64,000 nucleotides of DNA from a bacterium. Its GTDB lineage: Bacteria > SAR324 > XYD2-FULL-50-16. Under the pieces are notes generated by a model. The model did not search any database, had not been told where the DNA came from, and saw only the letters and a list, made by a program, of their open reading frames with translations. Numbering within the stretch: the first letter of the stretch is position 1; every line of letters begins with the position of its first letter. The stretch lies in assembly GCA_032250835.1 (NCBI GenBank), contig JAVVEA010000019.1, positions 1 through 64,000 of the forward strand. The letters run 5' to 3'. The translations under genes and the position numbers were made by a program. Positions 57,298 to 64,000 of the stretch are shown in pieces.

Positions 57298-58482
57298 ATG
57301 CCGGACCCGATTTACATCCACCACCTAGCGTTAACCACGCCGCTCGGAGACCTGCCGTCGGCTATTTTAAGCCGCTTGGCCACCGGTTGGCGGGGTGCCC
57401 TACAGCCCAGTGAGTCCTTGCCACAGCGGGGACCGGTACCGGTCGGGGCGGTGGTCGCTAACTTGCCCCCCTTGCCGCCCCCATGGTCCCGCTTTTTGAG
57501 CCGGAACAACCAACTGCTTTACCATGCCTTCCGGCAACAAGAGGCCGCTTACCGTAGCGCGATCCAAGCTGTCGGCCCCGACCGCGTGGCCATCGTCCTC
57601 GGCACCAGCACCTCGGGCGTGGCCCAAACCGAACAAGCCTTAGCGCATCTGGCGGCTCAAGGCAGCCTGCCCGAAGATTTTGACTACCGCCGCCAGGAGA
57701 TCGGCAACGGTGCAGCTTTTTTACAAACATTGACCGGCGTATCCGGGCCGGTTTACGGGCTCAGCACCGCCTGTTCCTCTTCGGCCAAGGCCTTCGGTTC
57801 GGCTATGGGCTTGATCCAAGCAGGTTTGGCCGACGCCGCCTTAGTCGGCGGAGCCGACAGCCTCTGCGCCCTAACGCTCAACGGTTTTGCCTCTCTTGAG
57901 GCCCTTAGCGCTGAGCCCAGCCGTCCTTTTGAAGCCCAGCGCAAGGGCCTAAACATTGGCGAGGGAGCCGCTTTATTTTGGCTTAGCAAATCACCCAGCC
58001 CCTTGCGGCTCTTGGCCTGCGGCGAATCGAGCGACGCCCACCACATGTCTGCCCCCCAACCCCAAGGGCACGGTGCCGCCGACGCCATGCGGGCCGCTCT
58101 GGGGCAAGCAGGCCTAGAACCGGGCCAGATCGGCTACCTCAACCTACACGGCACCGCTACGCTGCTAAACGACCAGATGGAATCGCGCGCCGTCGCCGAG
58201 GTTTTCGGTGCGCCGGGCCCGCCTTGCAGCAGCACTAAAGCCTTGACCGGGCATCTCCTGGGTGCCGCTGGAGCGGTAGAGGCCGCTTTTTGTTGCCTCC
58301 TGTTGTCCCAAGAATCCCCCAGTTTGCCGCCGCAGAACTTCGTCGAAGGCCCCGACCCGGCGCTGCCGGTCCTTAACTGGGTGCAACCCGGCCAATCCAC
58401 CTTGGGCCTAAGGTACCTGATGTCCAACAGCTTCGCCTTCGGAGGGAGCAATTGTAGCTTGATCTTCGGCAAGGAGGGGTGA
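57298..58482 (+). CDS. Beta-ketoacyl-ACP synthase (aryl-polyene ApeO-like KS)
   Basis: SRNNQL, GTSTSG, STACSSSAKA, HGTAT..ND, TGH.LGAAG, SNSFAFGG. Confidence 0.88.
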   Translation: MPDPIYIHHLALTTPLGDLPSAILSRLATGWRGALQPSESLPQRGPVPVGAVVANLPPLPPPWSRFLSRNNQLLYHAFRQQEAAYRSAIQAVGPDRVAIVLGTSTSGVAQTEQALAHLAAQGSLPEDFDYRRQEIGNGAAFLQTLTGVSGPVYGLSTACSSSAKAFGSAMGLIQAGLADAALVGGADSLCALTLNGFASLEALSAEPSRPFEAQRKGLNIGEGAALFWLSKSPSPLRLLACGESSDAHHMSAPQPQGHGAADAMRAALGQAGLEPGQIGYLNLHGTATLLNDQMESRAVAEVFGAPGPPCSSTKALTGHLLGAAGAVEAAFCCLLLSQESPSLPPQNFVEGPDPALPVLNWVQPGQSTLGLRYLMSNSFAFGGSNCSLIFGKEG

Positions 58483-58892
58483 TGATTCTAAGCGAACTGT
58501 TGCCGCACCGCCCCCCCATGCTGCTGATCCAGGAACCTTTAGAGATCACGCCGGACTTTTGCCAAGCACAGGTGAAGATCACCGCCCAAAGCCCCTTTAT
58601 CCGGCTAGGCCAAGTGCCTGCCCATGTGGCGTTAGAATACTTCGCCCAAACGGCGGCGGCCCACGCCGGGTGGCTCGCCCGCCAGTCAGGAGAAACACCC
58701 AGGCCCGGTCGGCTGGTGGCTTGCCGCAAGTTGTCACTTGAGGTGGCCGGGTTTAAATTAGGGGAATTATTGTCCGTCGAGGTGTCGCCCCAAGGAGAAG
58801 GGGCGGGAGCGCATAGCTACCGGGGGCGATTGAGACGCTTGCCCGGCGGAGAATTGCTGGCCGAAGGGGTGATTACGCTGATTTTGGTTTAA
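58482..58892 (+). CDS. Hotdog-fold dehydratase (ApeP-like)
   Basis: LLPHRPPM, EYFAQT.AA..G; coupled to the KS stop codon. Confidence 0.8.
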   Translation: MILSELLPHRPPMLLIQEPLEITPDFCQAQVKITAQSPFIRLGQVPAHVALEYFAQTAAAHAGWLARQSGETPRPGRLVACRKLSLEVAGFKLGELLSVEVSPQGEGAGAHSYRGRLRRLPGGELLAEGVITLILV

Positions 58893-58904
58893 GGGCTGCG
58901 GAAA

Positions 58905-59420
58905 TTGCCCACATAAAACCATCGGCGCAGCCGATACAGCAAGAGACTTTTAGGCGAACCAAAGCCAAGCAAGGGTGGTCTTAGTTTCAGGTTCCGGGGA
59001 GCGCAAAGCCCAGTTGGGTTAATAGTGATGGGACTACTTTTTTTGGCTGGCAAAAAAAGTAGCAAAAAAACCAGCCCCCAGGTGGCTCGCCGCTAAGACC
59101 CCCTACGCCAAACTACGCTAAAAGCCAAAACTCGCCCCGCCAAGCAGCACCGAACGAAGTGAGGGCTGCGGGCGTAGCGACGCGAGCCGGCGAGTGTTGC
59201 TCATTTATGCCGTCGGCGAAGCCGACTCCCTGCTGCTCGAAGCTCGAACAGTTGGCTTTCTTAACGCTTCGTTTGGCTACGGGCTCTAAGCGGCTCACCA
59301 ACGGGGGAATCATAAAGGCCCTTACCCGCCAAGGAGCTTCGAGCGAAGCGAAGGCGACGGGCGTAGCTTTGCCAACACTGCGAGCGTTGCCCACATAAAA
59401 CCATCGGCGCAGCCGATTCA
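58905..59420. repeat. Modular REP/MITE-like intergenic repeat, copy 2 (inverted relative to copy 1)
   Basis: Contains the reverse complement of 31059-31390 with an internal insertion; ttgcccacataaaaccatcggcgcagccgat occurs twice (58905 and ~59387). Confidence 0.9.
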
Positions 59421-59594
59421 GCACAGCGACACTCAAGCCTAGCCCAGCTCAGCCGACTCAACCCAGGAGCCTATAAGCGCTCAGTGTTTGAGGGTGTGGG
59501 AGAGCAAAACGCAGTGGTAGCAAAAAAGGGAGGAGAAAACTTACGCTACTGCCCTGTTCGGCAGCAGTACTTGTCGAGCCCCATGGATTATTTC

Positions 59595-61661
59595 TTAGGC
59601 CCCGCCGTAGGCGTCCATCAGCAAGGCCAACAGCTTACCCCGCAGTTCTCGTTTGTCTTTAAGGAAAATCACGAAGGGCTTGACCTCGCCCGAAGGGGTC
59701 TCAATATAGCCGATCAAATTCGACACCCCGCTGAGCGTGCCGGACTTAAGCCGGACCCGGCTACCGCCCACCGCCAACTCGGGGTGGTGGCTCTGGGCTG
59801 CTGTGGGGAGTAGGTGGGCGTAACGTTCGAAGTAGTTAACCAGTTTGAGCATCGCGCTCAGGCTGACCCGGTTGCTCCGGCTCAACCCGCTACCCTCGGA
59901 AAGCGCAAAGGATTCAGCCTCCAAGCCCACCTTACGTTCCAGAAAGTCTTCCAGCAAATAGACCCCCCGGTCCAGCTTAGCCGGGGTTCCGTAGACGTGA
60001 AGCGACAACGCCATCACCAACTGATTGGCAATGTAGTTTGATGAGCGGTGCAACATCCGCTCTACCAGTTGGCTCACCGTCTTGGTTCCCTTGTATACCA
60101 GGTAAGGTTGGGCACCCGCCGGGACGGAGCCAAATCTAGCGGGCTTCTCGGTGGCCATACCGGCTTGGGCCAAAATTTCGGCCGCTAACTCCAGCGAATA
60201 CCTAGCCCCTTCCTTGGGGGTTTGAGCCAGATTGAACTGCTGGATTCCACGCGGCAGGCCTTGGGTCTTTCGGCGTACCGAATCGGTCAAAGGGGTCTTG
60301 GCATCCGTAGAAGCGACGCCGCCGCCATGCGAAATCCTGACGGTCGCCAAATTTTCGTTGGTCACCAAGGGGCCAATGGGCGCGTAAAAGGGCTCAATCC
60401 CACGGGCCCTACCATCAAAGTCGGGCCGGATTTCGTAGGCTTCAAGATCCATCCAGAGCTGGCGGATCGGCCGATTAAATACCCCCCGTTCTTTAAGATG
60501 CCGGGCTAAGGCATACCAGTCGGCCGTTTCCCAACCGGGGTCGCCGTATCCTTTGACCACTAGATTCCGGTTACCGTCCAAGTAAACTTCAGTTTTAAAC
60601 CGGTGCTCAGGCCCCAAGATTTCTAAAGCCGCCGCAGCGGTGGCCAATTTGATCACCGAAGCGGGCGTGTAAGAACCGGTGCCAAAAACCAAGTCTGGAT
60701 GCCGGGAGTTACCCACCATCACCCCGCCCTGATCAATCAACCGGCCTAACTGCCCCATCAGCCGCAACTTTTGCGGATTGCCCAGCACCTCAAAGCTGAT
60801 CATCGCCTCTAAGGAGGCATCGCGGCCATCAAAGACGCGGTAGCGGAACCGGTCTTTACCTTCATAACCCGCCTTGGGTTGGTATGCCCAAAGCCCATCA
60901 GCCTGAGGCGTCAGCGTACCAAACTGGGGTGCTTCTAAAATTTCGGCTTTAAGCGGTTGCCCCTCGGGGTCGCTGGCCGGAAGTTCGAAGACCCGCTTTT
61001 GGTCTTTCGGTACTTCAATCAAGGTCGAGCGGGCTTGCGGCAGTTGGTTGGGCGGACGCACCAAAAGGGTGACTTTTGCCTCGGTTCCCTTGCCGCCCGG
61101 GTCTTCGGCCACAAAAACCAAGCTATCTTCGCCCACAAAATCCGGGGCCGGATGGTACTCCAAGAAAGGCGGGGTTCCGCTCAAGCGGCCATGGTTGGTT
61201 CCGCGGACTACATAAAAGACCAACGCATCGCGTTCCACATCTTCGGCAAAGAGACTGACTAAAGTCGGCTGGTTGCGGTCCACCGAAACCAGCTGCTCTT
61301 GAGCTACCGGCAGGTCGTTGACTCCGCTTACAAAAAGGGTCACTTGGGCCGGTTCGCCCCTTTTTTCACCCTCGACGGTTCGGTAGGTAAACTGATCCTG
61401 ACCAAAAAAGTTGGCCTGGGGGATATAGGTCAATTGGGGCGGTTGGCCCTCTAAGCGGCCTTGGGTAGGTTTGGTGACGATCTCGAATTGGGCCGGTTCG
61501 CCTTCTCGGGTCGAAAGGTTGATTTCGACGCGCCCCTCTTCATCTAAACGCAGCTTGAGGTCCTTAGCCGCAGGCGGTCCCCCAAAGGGCCAGCTAAACC
61601 CCCAAAGCAAGGGCAAAGCGGCGAGCAAACCAAAATGCTTAAAATTCCATTGTGTAGACAT
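59595..61661 (-). CDS. D-alanyl-D-alanine carboxypeptidase/endopeptidase (S13, DacB-like) with three N-terminal Ig-like (Big_9-type) repeats
   Basis: PASVIK, GYGDP, SSN, GSGLSR.N, KSGTL; repeats P..G.L.G....L.Y.P...F.G.D.F.Y. Confidence 0.85.
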   Translation of the reverse strand: MSTQWNFKHFGLLAALPLLWGFSWPFGGPPAAKDLKLRLDEEGRVEINLSTREGEPAQFEIVTKPTQGRLEGQPPQLTYIPQANFFGQDQFTYRTVEGEKRGEPAQVTLFVSGVNDLPVAQEQLVSVDRNQPTLVSLFAEDVERDALVFYVVRGTNHGRLSGTPPFLEYHPAPDFVGEDSLVFVAEDPGGKGTEAKVTLLVRPPNQLPQARSTLIEVPKDQKRVFELPASDPEGQPLKAEILEAPQFGTLTPQADGLWAYQPKAGYEGKDRFRYRVFDGRDASLEAMISFEVLGNPQKLRLMGQLGRLIDQGGVMVGNSRHPDLVFGTGSYTPASVIKLATAAAALEILGPEHRFKTEVYLDGNRNLVVKGYGDPGWETADWYALARHLKERGVFNRPIRQLWMDLEAYEIRPDFDGRARGIEPFYAPIGPLVTNENLATVRISHGGGVASTDAKTPLTDSVRRKTQGLPRGIQQFNLAQTPKEGARYSLELAAEILAQAGMATEKPARFGSVPAGAQPYLVYKGTKTVSQLVERMLHRSSNYIANQLVMALSLHVYGTPAKLDRGVYLLEDFLERKVGLEAESFALSEGSGLSRSNRVSLSAMLKLVNYFERYAHLLPTAAQSHHPELAVGGSRVRLKSGTLSGVSNLIGYIETPSGEVKPFVIFLKDKRELRGKLLALLMDAYGGA

Positions 61662-62229
61662 AACTCAAATAGTTCGACTGAATCGGTGCCATATCCGCCG
61701 CGCCGGAGAAGTGATAGCGGTTGGTGTATTCTAGTGAACCGGCCCGCCCCAGTCCCAAAGCAACATGAGGGGCGAAGGTCCAGCCAAAACTATAATAAAA
61801 AGGAGCATCGCGCAGCTCGGTCATCTGGCTGTTGTTTTTGCCATGGATCCACCAACGATGGAATCCCGCCCGACCACCGGCACGCAGGTACAATTTATTC
61901 CAAAAGGGTCCCTTTTCGGCCATTTTGATCCGATCACCCCAGAAATAATCAACCGCAAGCTCGGCAAATTCTGCGTTGGCCAACGTGTCTTTGCCGGTCC
62001 CCTGCAAGCGGGTATAGCTAGCGCCCACCCAAACATCAGGCTTGTATTCTTCCATGTAGTCGACCCTGGGGCCAAAGGCCTTGGTGACATTGCCGATGCT
62101 TTCGCTCAAGCGGCTGGTGGAATAAGATTCGACGTTCTGCACCAGGGCCACATTGATTTGCCTCCTCGGCTCTGCGCGCAGGACCGGCACCAAGGCACAG
62201 AGTATGAAGGTCAATAAAACTCGTTTCAT
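61639..62229 (-). CDS. Exported hypothetical protein, probable small beta-barrel
   Basis: Signal peptide MKRVLLTFILCALVPVLRA; aromatic alternating strands; terminal Phe. Confidence 0.6.
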   Translation of the reverse strand: MKRVLLTFILCALVPVLRAEPRRQINVALVQNVESYSTSRLSESIGNVTKAFGPRVDYMEEYKPDVWVGASYTRLQGTGKDTLANAEFAELAVDYFWGDRIKMAEKGPFWNKLYLRAGGRAGFHRWWIHGKNNSQMTELRDAPFYYSFGWTFAPHVALGLGRAGSLEYTNRYHFSGAADMAPIQSNYLSYVYTMEF

Positions 62230-62414
62230 CAAAGGTCTCCGAAGCATAGGCTATCTTCTACTGTACCCCCGATCAACTAAACTGCCAAGTCGAGGCCGGG
62301 GGTAATTCTCTGGCGGCTAGCTAGTTGGTACAAGATTCGGGCCAGAGCCGGGATTGCCAAAGCCTAACGGGCGGTTTATGATGCGGCAAACAATCGCTTT
62401 AAAAAAAGGATTCG

Positions 62415-62618
62415 ATGGATAATTTTATGGGGCTCTTACGCAGCGTGCCCGGTTTGGGGGCCTTGCTGATCTTTAGCGGCGCGGTACTGATGGGCCTGGA
62501 TATCCGCAAGCTCTACCAGTACGCGACCATGAAGGACCGCCCGGTAAGCTTTCAATTTTATTATCTGGTTCCGGGCATGCTCTTTTTTGCCCTCGGTTTT
62601 ATGGTGATCAGCCCTTAA
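62415..62618 (+). CDS. Small two-TM membrane protein
   Basis: SD aagga before ATG; two hydrophobic segments. Confidence 0.6.
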   Translation: MDNFMGLLRSVPGLGALLIFSGAVLMGLDIRKLYQYATMKDRPVSFQFYYLVPGMLFFALGFMVISP

Positions 62619-63364
62619 AGCTCCGGGTCTTCTGCTAGCTCTTTGGTCAGTTCCCGCTCACTGAGCAAACTGGCCTTCGAGAGCGCCGCCGAAAGCAACC
62701 CCGCCGGTACCGCCACTACCCCCAAGCCCAACATCAACACCACGAAGGTAAACAACCGCCCGCCTAAGGTGATGGGGTATATATCCCCGTACCCCACCGT
62801 CGAGAGCGTTGCCACCGCCCACCAAAGGCAGTGGAAGACGGACTGGAATTTTTCCGGTTGCGAGGGATTTTCAAAATAGTAAATACCGATGGCCGAAAGA
62901 TAGATCAAAAACATGGTCGCCCCTAAGTAGAGGGCCAACTCAGCCCTGATTTCCTTAAAGGCAAAAAGGTAAAGCCGCAAAGCGCGGTTGTAGCGGAAGA
63001 GTTTAAAGACTCGAAAGAGCCGCAACAACCGAAAGCCCCGTACCGAACGCAGGTCCACGCCGACGCTCAAGTAAAAGGGCACAATGGCCAAGAGGTCCAC
63101 GACCCCGTAAAAACTGAAGATAAAGCGTTTTCGGTCTGGAGCGGCATAGACCCGCAGTAGGTATTCCACCGAAAAGACGGCGACGCAAAAAATTTCAAAA
63201 TAATGCAGCACCAACTTCCAGCGTGGTTCCAAGTTGGGCAGCGTCTCCACCGAAAAAGACAGAATAGAAAGCACCACCAAGCCTTGGATGGTCAAATCCA
63301 CCGCCTTCGAAGCAGGCGTACTGCCGGGGTCTAAAAGGTCTTGAAGGGTTTGGCGTAAGGGCAT
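62615..63364 (-). CDS. Voltage-gated-type potassium channel (ion transporter)
   Basis: S4 RSVRGFRLLRLFRVFKLFR; selectivity filter TVGYGD. Confidence 0.93.
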   Translation of the reverse strand: MPLRQTLQDLLDPGSTPASKAVDLTIQGLVVLSILSFSVETLPNLEPRWKLVLHYFEIFCVAVFSVEYLLRVYAAPDRKRFIFSFYGVVDLLAIVPFYLSVGVDLRSVRGFRLLRLFRVFKLFRYNRALRLYLFAFKEIRAELALYLGATMFLIYLSAIGIYYFENPSQPEKFQSVFHCLWWAVATLSTVGYGDIYPITLGGRLFTFVVLMLGLGVVAVPAGLLSAALSKASLLSERELTKELAEDPEL

Positions 63365-63459
63365 GGCGCGTCTAGATTAGTCTGAAAAATGATCAATCCA
63401 GCCCTATCTTGGCGTCAAATGGATGATTTAACAAGGGGGAGGTTTTTGGGTGCAACTTG

Positions 63460-63564
63460 CTACTCTTCCAGCGGGGAATTTACTGTTGATTTTTTTTGGT
63501 GGCCAAGAATCAAGGTCGAAGCCACTGAGTATAGTTGGTACCGCAACCCCCTTCCTCTTTTCAT
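63460..63564 (-). pseudogene. Possible remnant of a MazF/PemK-type toxin gene
   Basis: ATGA-coupled to the antitoxin; starts MKRG, then non-toxin sequence and a stop after 34 aa. Confidence 0.4.
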
Positions 63565-63782
63565 TTATTTATGTCACCCAGCAAGCCTTCAGTCCAAGCT
63601 TGCGCTTCGGCCTCCCTACCCAAGTCCGCCGCCATCTCCCGGTAAGCTGCTTCCAAGCCGCCCTTCAGTACATGCGGACGCACCAACCTTTCAATGAAAC
63701 CACTGATATGATCTACCCCAATGACTTCATGCAGGCCTTGAAAGACTTGCTCGTCTAAGTAAATGGTGAGTTTCTTTTTCAT
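63561..63782 (-). CDS. Ribbon-helix-helix addiction-module antitoxin
   Basis: MKKKLTIYLDEQV...ISGFIERLV (beta-helix-helix) plus acidic tail LEAAYREMAAD..REAEA..W; SD gagggg. Confidence 0.72.
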   Translation of the reverse strand: MKKKLTIYLDEQVFQGLHEVIGVDHISGFIERLVRPHVLKGGLEAAYREMAADLGREAEAQAWTEGLLGDINK

Positions 63783-64000
63783 GGGGGTCCCTCAGTGTTG
63801 TACTATAGCAATTGTACATCTGACTTCGCTCGCCCAACCCAGTTCGTACAAAGAAAAAAATAAATCCTATTCATGCGGCAAGGGTTATTCGAAAAATAGA
63901 TTGAACCATTGCATATGGTTAGTTACTAAAGTAACAAACAGCAGGACAGTCACTTTGTCCAGTTTAGTAATTCTATATCAAATGTGAAACCTATGGCATC

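Overview
A ~55% GC bacterial chromosomal window with about 48 CDS. I found no rRNA, tRNA, CRISPR array or transposase. Gene content (hldE, ccmABC, secretin, heme-c MCP) indicates a Gram-negative organism that does not look like a spirochaete; a delta/SAR324-like lineage is a low-confidence guess. Most genes are housekeeping (lon, ccmABC, hldE, rsmD, rsmI, trkA, ligA, pyrD, apt, ggt, larB/larE). The main candidate system is a minus-strand three-gene operon at 3434-8570. It encodes a homologue of the treponemal cytoplasmic filament protein CfpA, a protein with a cryptic HPr-fold C-terminal domain, and a PPDK paralogue with eroded ATP-grasp motifs but intact phospho-His and PEP domains. I interpret this as a possible PTS-like PEP->His->HPr relay tied to a cytoskeletal filament. 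Other notable items: a Cyc2-type cytochrome-porin with a structured leader, Lon with an AT-hook-like tail, LigA with a ~220-aa insertion in its zinc finger, a HupK/HypB pair lacking metal-binding cysteines, a sensor kinase frameshifted in a G8 tract, an inverted modular REP/MITE-like repeat, and an orphan antitoxin. All family assignments come from motif recognition and recalled sequences, not database searches.
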